From positions 1,890,001-1,922,000 of the forward strand of contig OZ252279.1 of NCBI GenBank assembly GCA_965250005.1: DNA of 32,000 nt. The letters are read 5' to 3'. This document shows, in pieces, positions 8,153-17,901 of the stretch (positions are counted from its first letter, which is position 1; every line of letters begins with the position of its first letter). The position numbers and the translations under genes were made by a program. Below the pieces are notes generated by a model, which did no database searches, was not told the DNA's origin, and saw nothing but the letters and a program-made list of their open reading frames with translations. The stretch is from Demequinaceae bacterium (GTDB lineage: Bacteria; Actinomycetota; Actinomycetes; Actinomycetales; Demequinaceae).

Positions 8153-8991
8153 CAGCCCGTCACCTCGGAAACCGGATACACGATCTCGTAGACGGCAGGC
8201 TTTCGCGCGCCGACACGTACGGCGCCATGGCGCACCTCGCAGACTGCGACGAGTGCGGCAGCGAATGGGAGCAGCTTCGCAAGGAGCGCGCCGCACTCCA
8301 AACGTCCGGCACCGGCATCGACATGTCCTTTGCTCGTACACTGCTGGATCGCGACCGCATCGCAGAAATCGCGAAGGTTGAGCCCCGCCGCCACCAGAAA
8401 GTATCGAAGGGTCCTGGCATCAATGTCGCGTTGGTCGTGAGCGTCTCCGTCATCGCTGGGGGGCTTGGGCTCGGCGGCCTCTACATGTTGGGTGCGCCCA
8501 GTGAGGCCCGCCTCGACTTTGACGGCGCGTCTCCCGTCGCAGGTCAAAGTGTGCAGTACATGAACGCCCCGAGCATGCGCACCGGCGAGCACCTGAACTC
8601 GTGGCTACACCCGGAATGGCAATCCAGCGGTTTAGTTCCTATCGAGGCGATGCTGCTTCAGGCTGAAGACGGCTCGACGGTGCTCGTGGCGCGCATCCTC
8701 AGCGGACTCGAAACGGTGACGGTGACCGAGCAGCACGGACGGCTTCCCGTGGGCATTGGCGAGACCTTTGGGCCTGGCAGCACCGGGGACCTGGAGTCGT
8801 TCGTGGTGCGTGAGGAGCCCGCAAGGATTGTTTTCGAAGCCGGCGACACCGTGGTCACTCTTGGGTGCGAGTGCGCGCTTGAGGTGCTCGAAGATATTGC
8901 CGAAGAATTTCCCGATGGTGAGGATCCGAGTGTGATCGAGCGCATCGGTGACGGCTTCGACTCCATCACAAGCGCCATCGTTGGCGACTAG
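8149..8991 (+). CDS. Membrane-anchored zinc-binding anti-sigma factor (RseA-like)
   Basis: GTG start overlaps the sigma factor TGA (GTGA). N-terminal H-x3-C-x2-C motif (HLADCDEC), then a single hydrophobic segment (VALVVSVSVIAGGLGLGGLYML). Confidence 0.85.
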   Translation: MTARHLGNRIHDLVDGRLSRADTYGAMAHLADCDECGSEWEQLRKERAALQTSGTGIDMSFARTLLDRDRIAEIAKVEPRRHQKVSKGPGINVALVVSVSVIAGGLGLGGLYMLGAPSEARLDFDGASPVAGQSVQYMNAPSMRTGEHLNSWLHPEWQSSGLVPIEAMLLQAEDGSTVLVARILSGLETVTVTEQHGRLPVGIGETFGPGSTGDLESFVVREEPARIVFEAGDTVVTLGCECALEVLEDIAEEFPDGEDPSVIERIGDGFDSITSAIVGD

Positions 8992-9005
8992 AGGAGGACC
9001 CTTGC

Positions 9006-10277
9006 ATGGATGACAGTCTTTTTGCGCCCCCCGGCGACGGCAAGACCCCCGCTAGCGTGGTGCCAGCGAAGCAACCGGTCGCCGCCGTCGTGAGCGCGCC
9101 GGCCGCGCTCACGACGCCCGTCATCGTTCCGACTCTCGCAACCGACGGCGCCGGACGCAACGACCGCCAATCGCTGAGCGTAAGCCCCGGCTGGATTGCG
9201 CTGATCCTGAGCCTTGCCTTGGTGGTGGGCGCGCTCGGTGGGGTGGGCGCTTACCTAATCGCGGACAATGCCCGAACGTCCGTCGATCTCCCCGGCACCG
9301 TGAGCAGCACCGAGTTTGACCGTCCAGAGGGTTCCGTCGCAGCCGTTGCGGCGGCCGCCTTGCCCTCGGTGGTGGCGATCGACTCGACCAACGGCGGCGC
9401 CATCATTGCTTCGGGCTCCGGGTTCGTCATTCACGCCGACGGCTACATACTGACCAATCATCATGTGGTCGCATCCAGCGACGGCACAGTGCGCATCGTC
9501 TACGCGGACGGCGAAGTCGAGACCGGCACCGTGGTGGGCAGCACCGCCGACTACGATCTTGCCGTAGTTAAAGTCGACCGCGAGGGCCTGGTGCCGCTGG
9601 TCCTTGGAGACTCGAGCGCGCTCGTCGTAGGCGACCCGGTGATAGCGATCGGTTCGCCCCTTGGCCTCGACGCGACCGTGACAACGGGCATTGTGAGCTC
9701 CCTCCACCGGCCCGTAGGCGGTTCCGGCGGAGGCTCGTTCATCGACGCCATTCAGACGGACGCGGCGATCAACCCAGGTAACTCTGGCGGGCCGCTGGTG
9801 AACGCGGTCGGGGAAGTCATCGGCATCAACTCTGCCGTCGCCGCCCTTCCGGGGGCGACGCAGGCTTCGGGCGCCGGCTCGGTTGGTCTCGGCTTCGCGA
9901 TTCCGTCCAATCAGGCGCGACGCACTGCCGAAGAGATCATTGAGACCGGCGAGGCCACATACCCGGTGGTCGGCGTCCTCCTGGACGAGACGTACCTGGG
10001 CCAGGGCGTGCGCATCATCGAAGACGATCCCGCGGCAGGAGTCCGCGCCGTCGTCCCCGGCAGCCCCGCAGACCTTGCTGGCCTCCGGGCCGGCGACATC
10101 ATCATCTCGATCGATGGCCGGCCCGTGACGCGGCCATCGGAGCTGGTGGTGGCGATCCGCGCGCACGCACCGGGCGACGTGGTTGTTCTCGAAATCTCTG
10201 ACGACGGCACCGTCACGACGGTCTCTATCGAACTGACGGCCAACGTCAACATCGTCTTCGAAGACGGTTCCGAGTAG
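9006..10277 (+). CDS. HtrA/DegP-type S1C serine protease with PDZ domain
   Basis: TM segment (WIALILSLALVVGALGGVGAYLIA); catalytic signatures SGFVIHADGYILTNHHVV, YDLAVVKVD and DAAINPGNSGGPLVNAVGEVIGINSA; C-terminal PDZ-like GLRAGDIIISIDGRPV. Confidence 0.95.
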   Translation: MDDSLFAPPGDGKTPASVVPAKQPVAAVVSAPAALTTPVIVPTLATDGAGRNDRQSLSVSPGWIALILSLALVVGALGGVGAYLIADNARTSVDLPGTVSSTEFDRPEGSVAAVAAAALPSVVAIDSTNGGAIIASGSGFVIHADGYILTNHHVVASSDGTVRIVYADGEVETGTVVGSTADYDLAVVKVDREGLVPLVLGDSSALVVGDPVIAIGSPLGLDATVTTGIVSSLHRPVGGSGGGSFIDAIQTDAAINPGNSGGPLVNAVGEVIGINSAVAALPGATQASGAGSVGLGFAIPSNQARRTAEEIIETGEATYPVVGVLLDETYLGQGVRIIEDDPAAGVRAVVPGSPADLAGLRAGDIIISIDGRPVTRPSELVVAIRAHAPGDVVVLEISDDGTVTTVSIELTANVNIVFEDGSE

Positions 10278-10286
10278 CTCCGGCTG

Positions 10287-10306
10287 GCGCGGCGGCGCCG
10301 TCGCGC
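10287..10306 (+). other. Short GC-rich hairpin in the htrA-tatB spacer
   Basis: GCGCGGCG (10287-10294) pairs with CGTCGCGC (10299-10306) including one G-U, with a 4-nt loop. No U-run follows. Confidence 0.3.
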
Positions 10307-10320
10307 GGCACAATTGAGTC

Positions 10321-10665
10321 ATGTTCGACATCAACGGCGCGGAGATCCTGGTGATCCTCGTGATCGCGCTTGTGATTGTTGGCCCGGAGCGCCTCCCCAA
10401 GTACGCTGCGCAATTCCGTGCCGTAGTGCGCAAGGCTCGGGATTTCACCCGCGACGCAGAGTCGTCGGTGCGCACCGAACTGGGCGATGCCGACCTCGCC
10501 TCGCTGGACCCCCGCCAGTACGACCCGCGCCGCATCGTCCGCGATGTTATGGCAGACGACCCTGCGCCTAGCGTGACGACACGACCCACAGGCCCGGCGA
10601 AGCGTACAAGCGCGACCGCTCGGAGTGCAAGCGCGCCTGCACCGTTCGACCCAGACGCCACCTAG
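10321..10665 (+). CDS. tatB: Twin-arginine translocase subunit TatB
   Basis: Short protein MFDINGAEILVILVIALVIVGPERLPKYAAQFRAVVRKARDF..., with the TatA/B N-terminal helix and the GPERLP hinge motif. Confidence 0.9.
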   Translation: MFDINGAEILVILVIALVIVGPERLPKYAAQFRAVVRKARDFTRDAESSVRTELGDADLASLDPRQYDPRRIVRDVMADDPAPSVTTRPTGPAKRTSATARSASAPAPFDPDAT

Positions 10666-10698
10666 GGGCCGGATCGCGGCGGCACGACCCAAACGTGA

Positions 10699-11739
<1,041 letters not shown>

Positions 11740-11773
11740 TGCGTTTTGGGCCGCGACCGCCTAACGTCGGAAT

Positions 11774-13138
11774 ATGCGAACAGCACGGTTTGCCACAGCG
11801 GCCACACTGACGGGCGTTCTGGCGCTGTCCGCATGTAGCGACCCATACGAAGATCCGTACCGCGAAGCCCAGCCGCCGCCGCCCGCTGCGGATGTGCTGG
11901 AATACATCAATCTGGCGGCGGTCGGTCTGCGCAGTTACGAATGCGACCTCTTTGAGGCGCCGCAGAGCCGCTGCTACGACGCCGCCCGGTGGGGGTCAAT
12001 CCGCGCGGGTCGTGAGACGCTCGCGCACGTGCATCGAGAGTTACTCGCCGCGGGGGCCTGGTACTTCGGAGGCTCCGAGCACACCCGGGCCGACGAGGCG
12101 CCCGAGGTGTCTGGCCTCAATCTAGGCTGCTATTTCGACTACGCGGCGCAGGACTACGCGCTCCGGGTCGCCGTTGTTGGTCCGTCTGGCGAAGGGCTGA
12201 GCTGCAAGAACGGCCTTCCCGCGGATGGGGTCAGCGAGGTGTGGGTCATCGCAGCGGAGTTTGACGCCGAAGAAATCTATGAACGCGTGGAGATTCCGCT
12301 GGGCTTCGAACTGCTGCTGCGGTCGCTGCCTCACCGGCCTACTCGCTCGAACGAGGTTTACGGCGGCCAGTCCGCCACGGCGACAGGGTACGAGGGACCC
12401 GAGTTGCCGGCGCTAGGAGACGGTGCTGGAGTGCACGTGCTTCCCGAGACGCTTTCCGTCCGGGACGGCGTTGTCCGTGGATTAGTGCAGTACCGTGGAG
12501 CAGCTCCCACGCTCTCGGTTCTGAACGAAGATGATGGACCTGAAGCGACCGCCGGGCCCGGCCAGATTGTGACGGTGCAGCGGGAGACGTCGGGCGCGTG
12601 GGGAATTGTTATTGGCGTGGCAAACGAGTCGACCACCATCCCTATCGTGGTGCGACCGGGGGAGTCGGCCCCCTTCGAGCTCCCGCTTCCTGAGGGCTTC
12701 ACGGCCGAGGACGTCCACGTCTTGACCGGTTGGCAGCATGTCGAAGAGGACTGGCGTGGGGCACTCTGGCTTGCCGGCCCGGAGGTCAACTCCGACTGCG
12801 GGGCGGGCCAGCAAATTGGCGGTGAGCCCGTGGAGGCCCTCATCCCCGCCACGGGTCAGGAGTGCCTAGAGGTGTTTTCTCAGGCCACGACCACGGTGGG
12901 CGACCGCATCATTGTGGACGGACTAGTCGCGATCTTCAACGAGGATGGCACCATCTACGACGTGCTTGAGCCGTATGTGATCCGCGAAGACGGCGGCCAA
13001 CCGGGACTGATTCGCTTGAACACCAACAGCCCGGACCTGCGATTCGCGTGGGTCTCGCCTGCGGGATTCGCGGATTCCGTAGGAATCTGGATGCGCTACG
13101 CAAAGTTGCGTGAGCTGGCAAACTCCCCAGCCGTGTAA
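11774..13138 (+). CDS. Hypothetical secreted lipoprotein (454 aa)
   Basis: Signal peptide with lipobox LSAC (MRTARFATAATLTGVLALSACSDPYEDPYREAQPPPP). No familiar domain signature; long ORF with normal high-GC coding character. Confidence 0.85.
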   Translation: MRTARFATAATLTGVLALSACSDPYEDPYREAQPPPPAADVLEYINLAAVGLRSYECDLFEAPQSRCYDAARWGSIRAGRETLAHVHRELLAAGAWYFGGSEHTRADEAPEVSGLNLGCYFDYAAQDYALRVAVVGPSGEGLSCKNGLPADGVSEVWVIAAEFDAEEIYERVEIPLGFELLLRSLPHRPTRSNEVYGGQSATATGYEGPELPALGDGAGVHVLPETLSVRDGVVRGLVQYRGAAPTLSVLNEDDGPEATAGPGQIVTVQRETSGAWGIVIGVANESTTIPIVVRPGESAPFELPLPEGFTAEDVHVLTGWQHVEEDWRGALWLAGPEVNSDCGAGQQIGGEPVEALIPATGQECLEVFSQATTTVGDRIIVDGLVAIFNEDGTIYDVLEPYVIREDGGQPGLIRLNTNSPDLRFAWVSPAGFADSVGIWMRYAKLRELANSPAV

Positions 13139-13162
13139 CTCTGCCCCCGACGGGCGCGCCGG

Positions 13163-13933
13163 CTAGATCTGTCCGGTAGTAAGCGCCTTCTTCACCTGAG
13201 AGATCGCCTCGGTGACTTGGATTCCGCGCGGGCACGCCTCGGTGCAGTTGAAGACCGTGCGGCATTTCCACACGCCCGCCTTGTCGTTGAGGATTTCGAG
13301 TCGCTCCCACTCGCCTTCGTCGCGCGAATCAAAGATGAAGCGATGGGCTCCCACGATCGCGGCGGGGCCAAAGAACTGGCCGTCGGTCCAGAACACCGGG
13401 CACGAGGACGTGCACGCGGCGCAAAGGATGCACTTGGTCGTGTCGTCGTACTTTGCGCGGTCCTCGGGGGACTGCAGGCGCTCGCGCGCAGGCTGGTCCC
13501 CGCTCGGCATCAGGAACGGCATGATCTCACGGTAGGACGCAAAGAATGGCTCCATGTCAACCGTCAGATCTTTGACAATGGGAAGGCCAAGGATGGGCTC
13601 GACGGTGATCGGCTGGTTGAGATTGAGGTCCTTGAGCAGCACCTTGCAGGCCAGCCGGTTCTTGCCGTTGATGCGCATCGCGTCAGAGCCGCAAACGCCG
13701 TGCGCACAGGAGCGGCGGAACGTGAGCGAGCCGTCCTGCTCCCACTTGATCTTGTGTAGCGCGTCAAGCACGCGATCGGTTGAGAACATTTCTAGGGCGA
13801 AGTGCTCCCAGTATTCTTCGCCGGGCGCGCGGCTGTTGTTGCCGTCGGGGTCCATGCGGCGGACCTTGAGTTCGACCTGAAATGTTTGCGGAACGTCCGT
13901 GGTTCCGGGCGTCGCGGTGTCGGTGGCAGTCAT
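13163..13933 (-). CDS. sdhB: Succinate dehydrogenase / fumarate reductase iron-sulfur subunit
   Basis: 2Fe-2S motif CAHGVCGSDAMRINGKNRLAC and 4Fe-4S/3Fe-4S motifs CILCAACTSSCPVFW and CRTVFNCTEACPRGI. Confidence 0.97.
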   Translation of the reverse strand: MTATDTATPGTTDVPQTFQVELKVRRMDPDGNNSRAPGEEYWEHFALEMFSTDRVLDALHKIKWEQDGSLTFRRSCAHGVCGSDAMRINGKNRLACKVLLKDLNLNQPITVEPILGLPIVKDLTVDMEPFFASYREIMPFLMPSGDQPARERLQSPEDRAKYDDTTKCILCAACTSSCPVFWTDGQFFGPAAIVGAHRFIFDSRDEGEWERLEILNDKAGVWKCRTVFNCTEACPRGIQVTEAISQVKKALTTGQI

Positions 13934-13950
13934 CGGCTCTCCGTGCGTTC

Positions 13951-15738
13951 CTAGTACTTGCGTTCCATGGGCTGATACTTGGTGACCGTCACCGGCTTGT
14001 AGTCGAGCTTCACGCCCTTGGCGCTCACGTACGCCATGGTGTGGCGCATGAACTTCTGGTCATCGCGGGTGGGGAAATCCTCGCGGTAGTGGCCGCCGCG
14101 GCTTTCCGTACGCGCGAGGGCGCCAGCGATGATCACCTCGGACAGGTCGATGAGGAAGCCCAACTCGATCGCCTCCAGCAGGTCCGTGTTATAGCGGGCA
14201 CCCTGGTCGTGGATCGCGACCTTCGAGAACCGCTCGCGAACAACCGCAACCGCGGCCTGGGCTTCATGGAGGCTGTCATCAGTGCGAAACACCTGGACGT
14301 TGCGGTCCATGGTTTCCTGCAGTGCCTTGCGCACGTCAGCGACGCGCTCGGTTTCTGCACCCTCTTTGTGGCGAGTGTTGACCGACTCCAGCAGCGCGTC
14401 GACCGTCTTGAACACGGCCGCTGCCGCATCGTCCCTGAGCGGAAGGGTCGCTGCCTTGGCGTCCAGCGCGTAGTCCGCGGCAGCGATGCCTGCCCGGCGC
14501 CCGAAGACGTTGATGTCTAGTAGCGAGTTGGTGCCGAGGCGGTTTGCGCCGTGGACGGAGACGCAGGCGCACTCGCCTGCTGCGAACAGACCACCAATGA
14601 TGTCCGTGTTGTTGCGCAGCACCTCGCCGTTCACGTTGGTCGGGATGCCGCCCATGGCGTAGTGAGCAGTGGGGTACACGGGCACGGGCTCGGTATAGGG
14701 CTCGACGCCCAGGTACGTGCGCGCGAACTCGGTGATGTCGGGCAGCTTCGCGTCGATGTGCGCCGGCTCAAGGTGAGTGAGGTCCAGATGTACGTAGTCC
14801 TTGTGCGGGCCACATCCGCGGCCTTCGCGCACCTCGTTGGACATGGCACGCGCGACCATGTCGCGCGGCGCGAGGTCCTTGATGGTGGGCGCGTAGCGCT
14901 CCATGAAGCGCTCGCCCTCGGAGTTGCGCAGGATGGCACCCTCGCCACGTGCGGCCTCGCTCAAGAGAATCCCGAGGCCGGCGAGGCCCGTCGGGTGGAA
15001 CTGAAAGAACTCCATGTCCTCGAGAGGAATCCCGGCTCTCAGCGCAATCGCCATGCCGTCGCCGGTGAGCGTGTGGGCGTTCGACGTGGTCTTGTAGACC
15101 TTGCCTGCGCCGCCCGTGGCGAAGATGACAGATTTGGCGGCGAACTCGTGGATCTCTCCGGTCGCGAGCTCGTACGCGACCACGCCGGTGACGGCGACGG
15201 CAGAACCCTTGCGGGTGGCCTGCGGGTCCTTGTCGAGGATGAGGTCAAGGACGTAGAACTCGTTGTAGAACTCAACCTTCTGTTTGACGCACTGTTGGTA
15301 GAGCGTCTGCAGGATCATGTGACCGGTGCGGTCCGCGGCGTAGCAGCTGCGGCGGACAGCCGCCTCTCCGTGCCCACGGGTGTGGCCGCCAAAGCGACGT
15401 TGATCAATCTTGCCGTCGGGCGTGCGGTTGAATGGCAGGCCCATCTTCTCGAGGTCGAGAACGGCGTCCACGGCCTCTTTGCACATAATCTCGGCAGCGT
15501 CCTGGTCGACCAGGTAGTCGCCGCCCTTGACGGTGTCGAAGGTGTGCCACTCGGCGTTGTCGTCCTCTACGTTGGCGAGGGCGGCACCCATGCCACCCTG
15601 GGCCGCTCCTGTGTGCGAGCGGGTGGGGTAGAGCTTGGTCAGCACAGCGGTCTTGGCCCGCGGCGATGACTCGAGGGCGGCGCGCATTCCGGCACCGCCA
15701 GCGCCCACGATGACAACGTCGTATTCGTGCTTGGCCAT
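13951..15738 (-). CDS. sdhA: Succinate dehydrogenase flavoprotein subunit
   Basis: MAKHEYDVVIVGAGGAGMRAAL, SHTGAAQGGMGAAL, HPTGLAGLGILLSEAARGEGAILRNSEGERFM, HYAMGGIPTNVNGEV. The ORF track extends to 15876, but the start at 15738 (MAKHE) fits the family N-terminus. Confidence 0.97.
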   Translation of the reverse strand: MAKHEYDVVIVGAGGAGMRAALESSPRAKTAVLTKLYPTRSHTGAAQGGMGAALANVEDDNAEWHTFDTVKGGDYLVDQDAAEIMCKEAVDAVLDLEKMGLPFNRTPDGKIDQRRFGGHTRGHGEAAVRRSCYAADRTGHMILQTLYQQCVKQKVEFYNEFYVLDLILDKDPQATRKGSAVAVTGVVAYELATGEIHEFAAKSVIFATGGAGKVYKTTSNAHTLTGDGMAIALRAGIPLEDMEFFQFHPTGLAGLGILLSEAARGEGAILRNSEGERFMERYAPTIKDLAPRDMVARAMSNEVREGRGCGPHKDYVHLDLTHLEPAHIDAKLPDITEFARTYLGVEPYTEPVPVYPTAHYAMGGIPTNVNGEVLRNNTDIIGGLFAAGECACVSVHGANRLGTNSLLDINVFGRRAGIAAADYALDAKAATLPLRDDAAAAVFKTVDALLESVNTRHKEGAETERVADVRKALQETMDRNVQVFRTDDSLHEAQAAVAVVRERFSKVAIHDQGARYNTDLLEAIELGFLIDLSEVIIAGALARTESRGGHYREDFPTRDDQKFMRHTMAYVSAKGVKLDYKPVTVTKYQPMERKY

Positions 15739-15760
15739 GAGTCTCCTCGTTGAATCCGGG

Positions 15761-16213
15761 CTAGTCAGTAATGGTGTGGCAGAAGCTGGGCAGGCTTTCG
15801 GTCTCGCCGCCAGCGGGGCACGGGTCGAACGTGAAGATGACGAGCGTGCCAAGGACGACGGTGATGGTGAAGCCAACGCCGAGTGCCGCCTTGAGAAGTT
15901 TGTTGGTCCACGCCCGGCGGGCGTAGTCGTTGACCAGAACGCGCATGCCGTTGGTGCCGTGAATCATCGCTAGCCACAGCATCACGACGTCCCACCACTG
16001 CCAGACAGGGCTTGCCCACTTGCCCGCGACGAACGCGAAGTCGATCGCGTTGACGCCGTCGCCCCACCACAGGTTGAAGAAGAGGTGGGTGAAGATCAGC
16101 GTTACCAGGATGACGCCGCTGATCCTCATGAACAGCCAGGCCCACTTCTCGAAGTTCGAGTGGGATGGCTGCGCGCGGCGAAAGCGGGGCGGGACCCGCG
16201 TGGGGGCGTTCAC
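15761..16213 (-). CDS. sdhD: Succinate dehydrogenase hydrophobic membrane anchor subunit
   Basis: Membrane protein FEKWAWLFMRISGVILVTLIFTHLFFNLWW...VWQWWDVVMLWLAMIHGTNGMRVLVNDY. GTG start at 16213-16211 overlaps the sdhC TAG by 1 nt. The longer ORF extension to 16324 would overlap sdhC. Confidence 0.88.
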   Translation of the reverse strand: MNAPTRVPPRFRRAQPSHSNFEKWAWLFMRISGVILVTLIFTHLFFNLWWGDGVNAIDFAFVAGKWASPVWQWWDVVMLWLAMIHGTNGMRVLVNDYARRAWTNKLLKAALGVGFTITVVLGTLVIFTFDPCPAGGETESLPSFCHTITD

Positions 16214-16620
16214 TATTCGGCCCCAAACACGTGGCCGAGGTGGCGTGGCAGGAAGCCAGCCATCAGGATGACCCAGATGGCCCACACGGTGATGCTCAGC
16301 ACAGCCTGCTTGCGTGCGGCCCACAGCCAGGAGTCGATGGCCACGATGCGTAGCCCGTTGAACGCGTGAAAGATGATCGCAGCGACAAGGCCAGCCTCGA
16401 TTACGCCCATGATTGGGGTCTTGTAGGTGGCGATGATTTCGTTGTAGGCCTCGGGGGAGACCCGCACGAGCGCGGTGTCAGTGATGTGGACCAGGAGGAA
16501 GAAGAAGATCGCCACGCCGGTGGCGCGGTGGGCAAGCCACATCCACATGCCAGGCTGCCCTCGATAGAGGGTGTGCGTGGCTGACACTCTGACTCCCTGC
16601 ATAGGCGTTACATCGGTCAT
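16213..16620 (-). CDS. sdhC: Succinate dehydrogenase cytochrome b556 subunit
   Basis: TLYRGQPGMWMWLAHRATGVAIFFFLLVHITDTALVRVSPEAYNEIIATYKTP...FHAFNGLRIVAIDSW. First gene of sdhCDAB. The start may instead be the internal GTG (VSATHTLYRG), which has a GGGAG Shine-Dalgarno-like site. Confidence 0.93.
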   Translation of the reverse strand: MTDVTPMQGVRVSATHTLYRGQPGMWMWLAHRATGVAIFFFLLVHITDTALVRVSPEAYNEIIATYKTPIMGVIEAGLVAAIIFHAFNGLRIVAIDSWLWAARKQAVLSITVWAIWVILMAGFLPRHLGHVFGAE

Positions 16621-16640
16621 TACATCCTAGTCTTGTGTGC

Positions 16641-17732
16641 ATGACGTCCCTCACAAGCGCACCAGGCCACATCGACGGCTTCGTCGCCGTAGTTCCGGCA
16701 GGCGGAGTAGGCAGCAGGCTGTGGCCATTGTCCCGGCCCGACCGGCCCAAATTCCTGCTCGACCTGCTTGGCACCGGCAGCAGTCTCATCCAGGACACGG
16801 AAGCGCGGCTAGTGCCGTTGGCTGAGCGCGTGATCGTGGTGACCGGCGAGTCGCACGTCGACGCCGTCCGCGAGCAACTCTCGGATGTCGAGGCCGAAGA
16901 CGTTCTCGCCGAACCCAGCCCCCGCGACTCCATGGCCGCGATCGCCTTGGCAGCTGCGGTCATCCAGCATCGGCACGGCTCGCGCGTCATGGGCTCGTTC
17001 GCCGCAGATCATGTGATTCGCAAACCCGCGGCTTTCGCAGCGGCAGTCAGGCTCGCAGCGCAGGCCGCCAAGGACGGCGGCATCGTGCTTATTGGCATCG
17101 AGCCGACTGAACCGTCCACCGCATTTGGCTACATGCGAGCTGAGGGCGAGCGGGCGGACCACGCTGGCGTGCTGGCCGTCGCGGCATTCACGGAGAAGCC
17201 CGACCAAGTGACAGCGACGCAGATGCTCGAGCAGGGCGACTTCTTCTGGAACGCGGGCATGTACGTGGTGCGAACGGACGTGCTGCTTGGACATGTGGAG
17301 CGGCTCATGCCGGAAATGCACGCCGGAGTGACGGAGCTCGCCGCCGCATGGGACGGGACCGAGCGGGGCGCGGCGCTTGAGCGCATCTGGGGCGGCCTCA
17401 CCAAAATCGCCATCGATCACGCGATTGCTGAGCCTGTCGCGGCCGAGGGTGGCGTGAGCGTTGTGCCCGCTTCGCTCGATTGGCACGACGTGGGTGACTT
17501 CGCTGCGTTGGCCGATCTCGTCGAGCCGGGAGGCGACGGGGTTGTCCGCATATCCCGCGATGCGTCTGTGACGCTGGTAGACGCCACAGACGCCCTGGTG
17601 GTTGGCGGGACCAAGCCGGTGGCGGTAGTCGGATTGGACAATGTTGCCGTTGTCGAGACGCCGGATGCGATCCTGATTCTCGGCCTTGATGCCGCCCAGC
17701 GAGTCAAGGCTGTCGCCGACGTTTTAGGTTGA
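16641..17732 (+). CDS. manC: Mannose-1-phosphate guanylyltransferase
   Basis: Nucleotidyltransferase signature VVPAGGVGSRLWPLSRPDRPKFLLDLLG, SSLIQDTEARL, FTEKPD, FFWNAGMYVVRTDVLL, DWHDVGDFAALADL. Confidence 0.9.
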   Translation: MTSLTSAPGHIDGFVAVVPAGGVGSRLWPLSRPDRPKFLLDLLGTGSSLIQDTEARLVPLAERVIVVTGESHVDAVREQLSDVEAEDVLAEPSPRDSMAAIALAAAVIQHRHGSRVMGSFAADHVIRKPAAFAAAVRLAAQAAKDGGIVLIGIEPTEPSTAFGYMRAEGERADHAGVLAVAAFTEKPDQVTATQMLEQGDFFWNAGMYVVRTDVLLGHVERLMPEMHAGVTELAAAWDGTERGAALERIWGGLTKIAIDHAIAEPVAAEGGVSVVPASLDWHDVGDFAALADLVEPGGDGVVRISRDASVTLVDATDALVVGGTKPVAVVGLDNVAVVETPDAILILGLDAAQRVKAVADVLG

Positions 17733-17901
17733 CGCGACTGTCGGCCGCAGATTTCGGGCGCACGGCGTTGGCCAAATCGTTATCTGCCAGCTGTCATTCG
17801 TTCCACATTTTCCACCGCACGCGCAACGTCCGGACGTAGCATGGAGATACGCATAGGCCTGGCGTTAAACAGGCACGATACAACTGAATGAGGAAACTCA
17901 A

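Noticed and set aside
14551-15669. Plus-strand ORF of 372 aa opposite sdhA
   Set aside because: Shadow of the SdhA coding frame; composition is high-GC antisense style and no motif is seen.
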